DNA of 64,000 bases, taken from the NCBI GenBank assembly GCA_009914755.4, contig CP086569.2:11616001-11680000 (forward strand), read 5' to 3'. This document shows positions 50,650 through 62,680 of this stretch, piece after piece. Within the stretch, counting starts at the first letter, position 1; every line of letters starts with the position of its first letter. Made by a program: the position numbers and the translations under genes. The notes under the pieces are model-generated. The model was given only the letters and a program-made list of their open reading frames with translations. It ran no database searches and was not told where the DNA came from. This DNA is from the human T2T-CHM13v2.0 reference genome, Homo sapiens.

Positions 50650-50755
50650 TGTGAGATATATATATATATATATACATATATTATAAATATTTATATTTTA
50701 TATATCATATAAAAATTATATGTAAAAATTATATATATATATAAATGTCACTTAT
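50650..50755. repeat. TA-rich simple repeat
   Basis: tatatatatatatatatacatatattataaatatttatatttta... Confidence 0.9.
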
Positions 50756-51049
50756 CCCTAATATAGGGACTCGATTAGTTTCTGCTAGTGTGGAGACAAG
50801 TCATATCATGGCTAGGGGCCATGATGGTAGGAGTACTCAGAGGATTTCTTGCATTGTGATGAGTGCATATAAGTTAAATGAGCCACTTATCAGTAGATTT
50901 GATAGCAGAATAACAGTTATATCACTGATACCTAGGCAGTACATGACACTCGGTAAAGAATAGATTAATCCTCATGCTCTTCATCTTCCTCCTAATCTCT
51001 TTACCTATGCTGCCCTCCAGCTTTCAAAGTGCTCTGAGTCATCACTTAC

Positions 51050-51448
51050 ACAGTGTTCCTTAGCTGTCCCTTCAGTGGGCCAGTGTTTCTGTGCCCAGTG
51101 TTCCTGAGAGTTAGAACACAGAAAACAGAGCAGGCTCTTGCCCACATCACAGAACATCTTTGTCTCCCTGTGGATCCCGCACATTTGTTCATTAGAGCTC
51201 AGGAATTGCCAGAGACTGGCTTTTCTGGCAATGGACACTAGATTCTTCCAAAGAATATTGGTTGAAATCTTCCTGCTGTGACAGTTCCCTGCATGCAGGG
51301 CAGGAGTGTGTGCTTCTTCCCAGCAAAGGCAGAGGCAGGGCCTACAGAAACTGTGCCCGCAGCCTATAGTGATGGGGTCTATGAGGTAATTCAGGCAGAT
51401 GAGGCAGGTGAGTTCTTTCTGGAAGGCTTGTGGGAAGTCTAAGTCCAT
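51050..51448 (-). pseudogene. Isolated TRIM-family first coding exon (RING finger + B-box2), 133 codons from ATG (51448) to a GTAAGT donor (exon ends 51050). TRIM43/48/49/51/64-subfamily-like. No further TRIM exons are seen downstream within >10 kb, so probably a gene fragment or pseudogene
   Basis: [46 protein letters not shown] (RING C-x2-C..C-G-H-x2-C-x2-C), then [33 protein letters not shown] (B-box2), ending ..AKEHC|gtaagt. The expected last CxxC pair of the RING appears replaced (..HAGNCHSRK..). Confidence 0.6.
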
Positions 51449-51653
51449 TTTTCTGAGGGAAGAAAACCAGAAGAATTTATTCTTATGCCATAGACAGACA
51501 AAGATCTACATAAAGTTTGAATCAGGTTTTGAGTAGGATCTGCTCACAGGTTTAAATCTATAGCAGGATATGACTTTATTTTGCACATAACAAAATGAAA
51601 AACTGAGGCACAGAATTCAAGCTTTGCAGAAAAATATGTTGGCTCCCTAACCA

Positions 51654-51654
<1 letters not shown>

Positions 51655-51684
<30 letters not shown>

Positions 51685-51690
51685 CTTTCC
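51655..51690. repeat. (CA)n microsatellite, ~200 bp 5' of the TRIM-like ATG in gene orientation
   Basis: cacacacacacacacacacacacacacc. Confidence 0.95.
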
Positions 51691-51721
51691 CAAATTCTTT
51701 CCCCCTGTATGAAAAAACCTT

Positions 51722-52010
51722 AAGGCTGGGCACAGTGGCTCATGCTTGTAATCCAGCATTTTGGGAGGCTGAGGCAGCAGGATTGCTTGATCCAAGGAAT
51801 CCAAGACCAGCCTGGGCAACATGATGAGACCCTGTCTCTACAAAAAGAAAAGGAGGAAAAAATTAGCTGAGCATGCCAATAGTCCCAGCTACTAGGGAGG
51901 CTGAGGTGAGAGGATTGCTTGAGCCCAGGAGGTCAAGGCAGCAGTGAGCCGTAATCCAGCCACTACACTCTAGCCTGAATGACAGACCAAGACTCTCTCA
52001 AAAATGAACA
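51722..52010 (+). mobile_element. Alu
   Basis: ggctgggcacagtggctcatgcttgtaatccagcattttgggaggctgagg... Confidence 0.9.
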
Positions 52011-52011
52011 A

Positions 52012-52115
52012 AGAAAGAAAAGAAAGAAAGAGAGGAGAGGGAGGGAAGAAAGAAGGAAGGAAGGAAGGAAGGAAGGAAGGAAGGAAGGGAGGGAGAAAAG
52101 GAAGGAAGGAAGTTT
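52012..52115. repeat. (GGAA)n / (AAGG)n tetranucleotide repeat adjoining the Alu tail
   Basis: gaaggaaggaaggaaggaaggaaggaagg... Confidence 0.95.
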
Positions 52116-54854
52116 ACAGAGTTTTTCTGAGGTGTTAGTGTTCCCTAAATTGTATGGTCTTCAGAGGTTTACCCTCTTATAGCTTCAATGGGTGAGTCTG
52201 GACAGGTAGGAAAATCAATCACACTCTTACTTGCCAGTGATTCATTTAGGGAAGACAGCTAACTAAGCTGTTCCAATTTGATTATTTTATTTAATTGTAA
52301 CAACCATCTTATCATGACTTCTTCAAAATTACCCTGCCAGTAAGTGTTGGAGGACTCCCCAGAAGCAGAAACCACCATGCTTCCTGTATAGCTTACAGAA
52401 CCATGAGCCAACTAAAGTTGTTTCTCAAGTATTTCTTTATATCTTTGGCCAAATTTAAAGAGTTAGGCTTTATTCTCCAAGATACTGAAACAGAAAAAAA
52501 CAAGCCACCACTGTTTTTTAATGTTGTCTTCTTGTTAATTCAATCAACAAGTGTTTTCTGGTAAGTTTAGTGTTCCAGAGACTGTTAGCCTGGTGATGCA
52601 CCAGTTAATAAAACTTCCTTAAGAGAAATAAAAGTTTAAAAATAAACCAGATGATAAAATGCAGTAGTGTACACAATGCCTCTTATCCACATGTCTTGTC
52701 TGCCACCCATGATCCAGAAAATGTCTTTAGTATAAGCCATTGATAAAGATGCCTGAAAAATTTATGTATAGAAGACATAGTCACAAAATTATTTTTTTTT
52801 CCTTTTATATCCCTTGTTAGCTCAAACAGAATTTACCACTCCAATTCGATTTCTGAATACATGGGAGTTAATAGAATACTCCTAATTCATTTACAGGATC
52901 TACACCAAGTAAAAAAATTAAAGACATCTGAAAAGTATTTTGTGAGTCCTTATAATCCATATCAAGCAATCATGGAATATATTAAGTGATAGACCAAAAA
53001 TTAATCATCATATTAACCAAAAACACATAGCAAGACAAGATTACTAAATATTTTCATTTGGAAATTGGGAAATTTAGTCAATTTTAAAACTCAACAAATG
53101 AGATCATTTCACAGAAGGAACCTAGGTTTGCTGGTAAATTAAAATTATGACATTTTGTTTCAGTTTGGGAGGGTAGTTCTTCTTCTGTAAATTGTGTACT
53201 CACATGAGAAATATATCTATGTTCTCACAGACACTTGCTGTAGAGGTAATAATATGAAGTTAGCTCAGGGATCAGGGCCTCACAGTGCAGTGCTGGTAGA
53301 TTTTTTTTTTTTTTTCCCTGCACCTTGAGTAAAAGTTTCCTGAGGCCTCCCCGGAAGCAGAAACCACCATGCTTCTTGTATAGCCTATGGAACCCTGAGC
53401 CAACTAAAGGTATTTATCATGTATTTCTTTATAGCAATGCAAGAATGTACTAATACAGCTAAGCAGAGGCCATCAGGACCAGCAACAGTCTGAGCTGGAT
53501 GAGAGACAAAGCTAAAGTTTGAGCAGGAGCAGGAGCTGCCAGGGAGACAGAAAGGAAGGACGGACTCCTAAATTCCAGGATGTCTCCTTTAAGCCTGTAA
53601 GAAACTCAGCCACCGTCTCCTTACCTGACTCCTTTGGGAAAGAGTTTCTTTAGGTTAAGCCATACAGGGATAGGGTAGGAGATGCCATTTGCCTCTAGGA
53701 GCAGAGGGCAGAGACTCAGCAGGAAGAGTGTCTCTATGAGAAGGAGACACAGTGGAACAGGTGTGTAGGTTCACAGGGCCAGCTATGGGTAGAGTCCGGT
53801 GTACATTTTTAGAAGCCACAATTCCCAAAAATCTCCTGACTATAACATCAGTGCACAGAGCCAGTCAAATGGAGGAGGAGTGGGTCCAGGCAATTCAGGA
53901 AGAAGGAAAGTAACAAATGAGTGGTTGCAGGAGGACACTTTTTCTGTCGAGGTCACTAAACAAAACATTGTCTCCTCCCCTTAACTCCAGAAACAAGCAA
54001 AGGAGGATAAAACTGTTGCCTGAGCCCTGGGGGCAAAGGCAGTAGATAACTTCTCTGTCGTGTTCTCCAGAAGGGCCCATTCCAGCCTCACAGGCCGAGA
54101 AGTCTGTTCAGTTCCCAAGTACTAGAGATGCTGCTATAAGGGACTCCCGAATTTCCTTCCTGAACCAGAGGCTGTCCAGCCTTTTCTTCCTGTTTTATTT
54201 TTTCCTAGGAAGAAACTTGCCTGTAGAATTACAAGGTTCTACGGTTCTAATTCAGATCTAGTCTTCCACATCATTTTGAAGGTAAAATATTACTTGTCAA
54301 AGTGGGATGATAGAAGATATGTGTGGACATAAATTGTTGACAAAGAAAAAAATTAAATAAGAAAATAAGAGAGAAAAAAATGTATGTATGTACAGTGGTT
54401 AGCTAGAAATATGTCTTTTAAATATTTGGCGTGTGGTATGTGGGCCTCAATGTGTACTATTGCACTAGCTTCCCAAATATTAAAGGATGTCTTTTAAAAG
54501 AAAAACCTCTTGCTAAAAAGTTAACAGTTAAAATAACCAGAGTGGCACAGGTACCAGTCATTAAGTGAAACCTTTCATCTTCCCAGAATAGTACCTGTTC
54601 CCAAGCCAGCTTCTTTGAAAATCACTTTTCTCTCCTTTACTATTTAGTTTACAGATTGTATAGTAACAATACAGAAACCACAATAGTAGCAAAAAAAAAA
54701 GAATATTTTTAAATGAAAACTCACACCCTAACTCTACCAAAACACGAAAATTAAATCTGAATGCCTCCCATTCCTGATATATTTTTCACCTAAATATTCA
54801 GCTCTGGGATTGCATTGTTTTTGGATTGAGTGGAAATTATTGCCTGGTCTTGAA

Positions 54855-54930
54855 ATCTTCCATAATGTGTGTGTGTGTGTGCGCGTGTGTGCGTGTGTGC
54901 ATGTGTGTGTGTGTATGTATGTATGCGTGG
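54855..54930. repeat. (GT)n imperfect microsatellite
   Basis: gtgtgtgtgtgtgtgcgcgtgtgtgcgtgtgtgcatgtgtgtgtgtgtatgtatgtatg. Confidence 0.95.
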
Positions 54931-55094
54931 TGAATATATTTCTTTTTCTTCAGAGCAAACATTTTTTCAATATGTATATTTATTTTAGGCAGATTATGCT
55001 AGTAATTTTCTACAAATGTGCTTTTTAAAAAATAACCTTTAATTTAAAAAAAATTATTCTTACTCAGTGGACCACAATTGTTAAAAACGCTGCT

Positions 55095-55640
<546 letters not shown>

Positions 55641-56282
55641 ACAACAAAAAGTATTTGTTTTAGAAAAAACATTTGGTGAGGTTTGGGCTTAAAAATATAT
55701 TATTCTAAAATATTCATAAATATTCTCTAGTAATGATAAGATTAAAGTGATAAAGACAAACTTTTTTCCTGTGCAGTTCCATCTCTCACCTTCCCATAAT
55801 TTGCCTGTCCCATCCAGCTTCCAAAGGAAATTACTTACAAAATAATGTCTGCATCCTGGGTCTATATATCTATTGCCTATGAGGAGAGCGTTTAAGATCT
55901 GAGCCATCTTCAAGTCTTATACTTTGTGTATAGCTCTCATGTTTTTGCAGGTTAAGTAAGTTTGTATACCCTTTCTTTTATTAATCTGTGTATGGTCAGT
56001 TCATTTCGGGTAATCTTCAGAGGGTGAAAGGGGAAGCTTTTCACTTCACTCCTATTGTGAAAACTAACTACATTCTTACTTATTCAATTTTTTAGTCTAT
56101 ATCAACACTTTTATATACATTTACTTTTAAACAAAATTTTGCATCATTACACTTAAAATTTTATTTACATTTTAAAAAGGAAATTAAAAATAAAATTAAA
56201 AATTATAAAATTTTACATAATAAAAATAAAATAAATGATTTATATAAAAATTAATCTGACCTGTGAAAAACACTCTCCAGAG

Positions 56283-56590
56283 GCCAGGCGCACTGGCTAA
56301 CGCTTGTAATCCCAGCACCTTAGGAGGCCGAGGTGGGTGGATCACGAAGTCAGGCGATCTAGACCACGATGAAACACCTCTCTACCAAAAATACAAAAAA
56401 TTAGCTGGGTGTAGTGGCGGGCGCCTGTAGTCCCAGCCACTCAGAGAGGCTGAGGCAGGAGAATGACGTGAACCCAGGAGGCGGAGCTTGCAGTGATCCG
56501 AGATCGTGCCACTGCAATCCAGCCTGGGTGACAGAGCCAGACTCTGTCAAAAAAAAAAAAAAAAAAAAAAAAAGAAAAAAGAAAAACACT
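56283..56590 (+). mobile_element. Alu (AluY-like, CpG-rich, long poly-A)
   Basis: ggccaggcgcactggctaacgcttgtaatcccagcaccttaggaggccgaggtgggtggatcacgaagtcagg... a25. Confidence 0.9.
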
Positions 56591-57500
56591 ATTGAGAGAA
56601 TAAAAAGACAAATCACAGACTGGGAGTAAAAATTTACAAAAGCTATATCTGGTGAAGATACATTTGTTATCCAAAATATACAAAGAACTCTCAGGACTCA
56701 ATAATAGGAAAATAAATAGTCTAACACAAATATAGAGATCTGAACAGACATTTCATCATAGAATACAGATGGATAATACGTAAGCACATTGAAAGATGTT
56801 CAACATCATTCATCATTAGGGAGATGTAAATTAAAACCACAATGAGATACTGCTACATGCCTATTTGAATAGCTAAAATTTAAAAGACTTGACCATACTA
56901 AACATTGGTGAGAACACAAAGGAACAGGAATGCTCATACACTGCTACTGGAAATACAGCCACTTTGTCAGTTTCTTTAAAAGTTAAACTGGCGAGGAGCG
57001 GTGGCTCACGCCTGTAATCCCAACACTTTGGGAGGCCAAGGCGGGCGGATCACGCAGTCGGGAAATCGAGACCATCCTAGCTAACACGGTGAAACGCCGT
57101 ATCTACTAAAAATACAAAAAATTAGCCGGGCGTGGTGGCGAGCGCCTGTAATCCCAGCTATTCCGGAGGCTGAGGCAGGAGAATGGTGTGAACCCGGGAG
57201 GCAGAGCTTGCAGTGAGCCGCGATGCACGACTGCACTCCAGCCTGGGCGACAGAGCGAGACTCCATCTCAAAAAAAAAAAAAAAAAAGAAAAGAAAAGTT
57301 AAACATATCACACCACCTAGTCATTGAAATCCGGCTTATTTGCCTAAGACAAATGAAAGCATATGTCCAAACGATTGGACAAACATTCGTAGCAACTTTA
57401 TTTGAAATAGCAAAAACAACTGGAAGCAAACCAAATGTCCATCAAGAGGTGAATAGATACACTAACTGTAGAATATCCATACAATAAAACTATTTTTTTT
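56590..57500 (+). mobile_element. Old L1 (L1M-like) ORF2 C-terminal fragment split by the AluY insertion below
   Basis: Degenerate ..MQIKTTMRYCYMPI.. ORF2 C-terminal homology on both sides of the Alu. Confidence 0.75.
56992..57291 (+). mobile_element. AluY-like insertion with an 11-bp TSD aaaagttaaac (56980-56990 and 57292-57302)
   Basis: Near-consensus Alu (ggcgaggagcggtggctcacgcctgtaatcccaacactttgggaggccaaggcgggcggatcacg...) with intact CpGs and a poly-A. Confidence 0.9.
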
Positions 57501-57682
57501 TTAAACTACGGGGCAAAAAAACAAAAAAAACCCAAAGATAGAATCTAACTTCTTAGTAAATACATTCACTATTAGGGTTTTTATAACAGATAATTCATTC
57601 TTTATTAACACTCTTTTGACTATGAAAATATTTTGACATCAAAAATCTGCAAAATATGAAGAAACAAAGGACACACAGCTTT

Positions 57683-57996
57683 TTTTATTTTTTATTTTTA
57701 TTTTATTTTTATTTTTTTGAGAAGGAGTCTCTTTCTGTCACCCAGGCTGGAGTGCAGTGGCGTGATCTTAGCTCACTGCAAGGTGCGCCTCCCGGTTCAC
57801 GCCATTCTCCTGACTCAGTCTCCCGAATAGCTGGGACTACAGGCGCCCGCCACCAAGCCCGGCTAATTTTTTGTATTTTTAGTAGAGACAGGGTTTCTCC
57901 GTTAGCCAGCAAGGTCTCAATCTCCTGACCTCGTGATCTGCCCGCCTTGTCCTCTCAAAGTGCTGGGATTACAGGCGTGAGTCACCGCCCCTGGCC
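57683..57996 (-). mobile_element. AluY-like insertion (reverse) with a ~14-bp TSD ggacacacagcttt (57669-57682 and 57999-58012)
   Basis: Poly-T with interspersed a, then the reverse-complemented Alu body with many intact CpGs. Confidence 0.9.
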
Positions 57997-58030
57997 CCAG
58001 GACACACAGCTTTAAAATTTCTCCTTTGTC

Positions 58031-58351
<321 letters not shown>

Positions 58352-60699
58352 CCTTTGTCTCACCCAGTGCCAACCACCTAAAACCTCTCATTTTCCCCCA
58401 GACATTTCTTCTGCCTCCAGGATGGAGGTAGAGAATCTTGGCCTTGGGCCACGCTCTGGGGACCATGCTGGGCTGTCGTGGTCAGTGAGGGACTCAGGTT
58501 CTCACCAGGATCCCCAACATAGGCCCCTGAAAAAAATGTTACCATCAGGGTGCGCTCCCTGACTCTTGTGTCTACTGGAAGGAGGAAATCAAGCCAGGAA
58601 CATTGTCAGGATAGAGATGAAAATGGGGCTCACTTTTCTGTCTCTTGTGATGTCAGACAAGCCTTTCAGCTCTGTCTCCTCAGCCCTCATGGAATTGTTT
58701 GGTGTGGACGCACCGAGATTCTGAACTGGGTCCCCTTTCCCTCTGCCCTTCTCTGGGGCCAGATTCTGAGCTCTCCATTCCAATTTTTCCCCCAATTTGC
58801 CCTTGCACTTATTTATCTGGATTACTGTCTGCCTGTCCCAAAGAATAAAAGCTTTATCACAGTGGGGACTTTGTTTAAAAAAAATAATAACGGCTATATT
58901 TTTAGGATCCATGACACTCTCCAGCATATCGGTGGTATCTGATAAAAAATGTTTGTTGACTGAATGAACAAATATATTATTCACAATTCACATTATCCTG
59001 AACTGGCTAGAAAATTAAATATCTGATATCAGTATTGGCAACATTATGAAGTAAATATAATTCTGATACAGTGCTCGTGAAAGTCTAATATGAAATGCTC
59101 ATTTTAGAAAACATTTTCTTGTAGATTTGCAAATGTTTCATCTCCATGAACTAGTTGTATATATGCAAGTTGTGTATCTTTGGGTTAGGCAGAATAATTG
59201 TCCCCCACCAAAGACAGCCATATCCTAGTCTTCAGATAAGGTGAACATGCTAACGTAAGTTAGCATGTTCAAAGGGACTTGACAGATGTGATTATCATTA
59301 AGGGCATTGAAACAGGGAAATTACCTTGAATTACCTTGGTGAACCAATCTAATCTCATAATTACTTGAGAGCAGAGAATATTTTCTGGATGCTGAGATTC
59401 AGACAGACGGCAGTATGAGAAAGATGTGGCCTGCTATTACTGGCTTTTACAACAGTGGTAGGGGGCCACAAGCCAAGGAAAGCCAGTGAACTTTAGAAGC
59501 TGGGAATGACCCAAAGTTTACAACTAGGAAGAAACTGAGGATCCACAACCACAAGGAACTGAATTCTGCCAACAACCCAGATGCTCTTTTAGAGCCTTCA
59601 GAAAGAAATGCAGCCTGCCAACATCTTCATATTAGTTCAGTGAGAGCCATGCCAGATTTCCAACCAAAACAATTCTAAGACAATAAGTTTGTGTGTGTTT
59701 TTTAAAACTGACTCAAATCTTACAAAAAAGTGTTCTTTTAAGCCACTGAATTTGTGGTAAATTGTTACAGCAGGAATAGAAAACTGATACAACCCTAGAG
59801 AAAGTCTTGTACATGTGCCCTATAAACACACAGCAGAATTTTTTTAACCTTTTATTGAGTTAAAAAATACATATATAATTTACCATCTATACATTTTTAG
59901 AGGACAGTTTAGTGGTGATAAATACATTTATATTTTCTTCTCTTAATCTCCTCTTCCCACTCCCCTTGCTGGCCTCTAGCAACCAACGATTTACTTTCTA
60001 TCTTCATGAGATCCACTTTTTTACTGCCCACATATGAGTGACAACATGTGGTATTTGTCTTTCTGTGCTTGGCTCATTCCACTTAACATAATGGCCTATG
60101 TTCATTACGTTAAGCCAAATGGCCAGCACCACCTATATTCCTGTGAATGACAGAATTTCATTCTTCTTTGTATCTGAGCAGTATTCCATTATGTACATAT
60201 ATGACTTTTAAAATCTATTCATTTGTTGATGAGCACTTACGTTGATTCAATATTTTGTCTATTGTGAATAGTGCTGCAGTACACATCGGCATGTAGATAT
60301 GTCTTTGATACATTAATTTCCTTTATTTTGGATATATATCCAGTAAGGAAATTGCTGGACCACATGGTAGTTCTATTTTTACTTTTTTGAAAGCCTCCAT
60401 ACTGTTCTCCATAGTGGCTTTATTAATGTAGATTCCCACCAACAGTGTACTAGTATTTCCCTTTCTCCACATCCTTGCCAACATCTGTTATTGCCTGTCT
60501 TTTTGAAACAAGTCATTTCAACCAAGGTGAGATGATATTGCATTGTGATTTTGATTTGCATTTCTTTGACGATTAGTGATATTGAACATTTTTTCATCTT
60601 CCTATTGGCCATTTGTATGTCTTCGTTTGAGAAAATACCTGTTCAGATCGTTTGCCCATTTTTAAATTGTATTTATTTATATATTTTTAACTATTTTTT

Positions 60700-61135
60700 T
60701 TAGAAGCAAGGACTTTCTTTGTCACCCAAGCTAAAGGGTAGTAGCCTAATCATAGCTCACTGTAACCTCAAACTCCTGGGACTAAGAAATCATCCCGACC
60801 GGGCGCGGTGGCTCACGCCTGTATTCCCAGCACTTTGGGAGGCTGAGGCGGGCGGATCACGAGGTCAGGAGATCGAGACCATCCTGGCTAACACGGTGAA
60901 ACCCCGTCTCTACTAAAAATACAAAAAATTAGCCGGGCTTGGTGCCGGGCGCCTGTAGTCCCAGCTACTCAGGAGGCTGAGGCAGGAGAATGACGTGAAC
61001 CCCGGGGGAGCAGAGCCTGCAGTGAGCCGAGATCGCTCCACTGCACTCCAACCTGGGTGACAGCGAGACTCCATCTCAAAAAAAAAAAAAAAAGAAAAGA
61101 AATCCTCCTACCTCAGCCTCTTCAGTAGCCCATTT
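60700..61135. mobile_element. Nested Alus. An older Alu (-) fragment is split by a young AluY-like (+) insertion at 60796-61095
   Basis: gaccgggcgcggtggctcacgcctgtattcccagcactttgggaggctgaggcgggcggatcacgaggtcagg... is flanked by reverse-complemented Alu halves (..cacccaagctaaagggtagtagcctaatcatagctcactgtaacctc.. and ..cctcctacctcagcctcttcagtagcc..). Confidence 0.8.
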
Positions 61136-61427
61136 TTCAATCAGATTTTTTGTTTGTTTATTACTGAGTTGTTTGAGTTCCTTATATATTCTACTTATTA
61201 ATCCTTTATCAGATAGATAGTTTGAAAATATTTTGTCCCATTCTGTGGTCGGCTCTTCACTTTGTTGATTGTTTCCTTTGCTTGAGGCTTTTTAGTTTGA
61301 TATAATCCCATTGTCTATTTTTGCTTTTGTTGCCTGTGCTTCCGAGTTCTTACGCCAAAAAATCTTTGCCCAGACTAATGTCCTGGATCATTTCTCCTAT
61401 GCTTTCTTTTTTTCTTTCTTTTTTTTC

Positions 61428-61652
61428 TTTTCACGCCATTCTCCTGCCTCAGCCTCCCGAGTAGCCAGGACTACAGGTGCCCACCATCATGCCCCGCTAA
61501 CCTTTTTTTTTTTTTTTTTTTTTTTTGTATTTTTAGTAGAGACGGAGTTTCACCGTGTTAGCCAGGGTGGTCTTGATCTTCTGACCTTGTGATCCGGCCA
61601 CCTTGGCCTCCCAAAGTGCTGAGATTACAGACGAGAGCCACCGCGCCCGGCC
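61428..61652 (-). mobile_element. Alu (partial) with a long poly-T
   Basis: ..cgccattctcctgcctcagcctcccgagtagccaggactacaggtgcccacc...ggcctcccaaagtgctgagattacag. Confidence 0.85.
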
Positions 61653-62407
61653 TTTCCTATGTTTTTTTTTTTTTTTTTTTACTAGCTTCATAGTTTCAGG
61701 TCTCAGATTCAAGTCTTTAATCCATTTTTATTTGATTTGATTTTTGTGTATGGTAAGATGGGTTTAATTTTATCCTTCTGCATATGGTTATTCAGTTTTC
61801 CCAGGATCATTTATTGAAAAGACTGTTGTTTTCCCAGTGTATGTTCTTGATGCCTTTGTCAGAGGTGAGTTGTTTGTAAATGTGTAGATTTGTCTGCAAT
61901 CTCTATTCTGTTCCACTGTCCTATGTGTCTGTTTTTATGCCAGAAGAAATATATTGGCAATAATTAGTACAGAAAAGCTGAAACAATGAAATGACAAAAG
62001 TGAATTGTACTGATATAATTCATTATGCCCACTAAATGCAGTAGCATACAGCCAGGAAAACAATGTAGTGCACACGGTATTAAAATACAACACAATTCAA
62101 TATACACAGTGCTCACAGTGGCCTTCGTTAGAGTGTTGAAAAAGGGGATGTAGTCAGCAAAAGTTGTACAGGTGACTTCAAAAGTAATCATAAGCACTTA
62201 TGATTACTTTTGGCTTAATTTCTTAAATCAAGACTGGAGACACAGGTGTTCATTATGTGCTTATTATATATATAAAATAAATATTTTATAAATCTGTTGT
62301 TTCTATTCAGTATTTAATAAAGTAAATCAATAGAAAAGGTTAAAAAGCAATGCACACATATTCGAAATATTTTTTGCTCTAAATTATATAAACATTGCAT
62401 AGTTATT

Positions 62408-62680
62408 GCCCTGGGCCTGGCAAGGTGACCCACACCTCTCATCCTAGCACTATAGGAGACTGAGGCAGGAGGATAGCTTCAGCCCCAGAGGTCAAGGCTG
62501 CAGTGAGCCTTAATTCCACTACTGCACTCCAGCCTAGGTGACAGAGAAAGATGCTGTCTGATGATAAAAATAAAAATAAGTTAATATATAAATATATGTT
62601 TATATATTAACTGATTTTATTAACTATATATATATACATATATATATACACACACATATATATATATATAGTTGTTGTCT
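62408..62680. repeat. Alu monomer fragment (+, 62408-62580) followed by a (TA)n/(CA)n simple repeat (62590-62680)
   Basis: ggcctggcaaggtgacccacacctctcatcctagcactataggagactgaggcaggagg...; tatatatatatacatatatatatacacacacatatatatatatatag. Confidence 0.8.

Larger units (their letters stand above)
59830..61945 (-). mobile_element. Old L1 (L1PB/L1MB-like), 3' UTR and ORF2 C-terminal region, interrupted by Alus at 60700-61135 and 61428-61652
   Basis: Reverse-complemented L1 3' region; the minus ORF 60379-60612 ..[36 protein letters not shown].. is an ORF2 C-terminal homolog. Confidence 0.8.
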
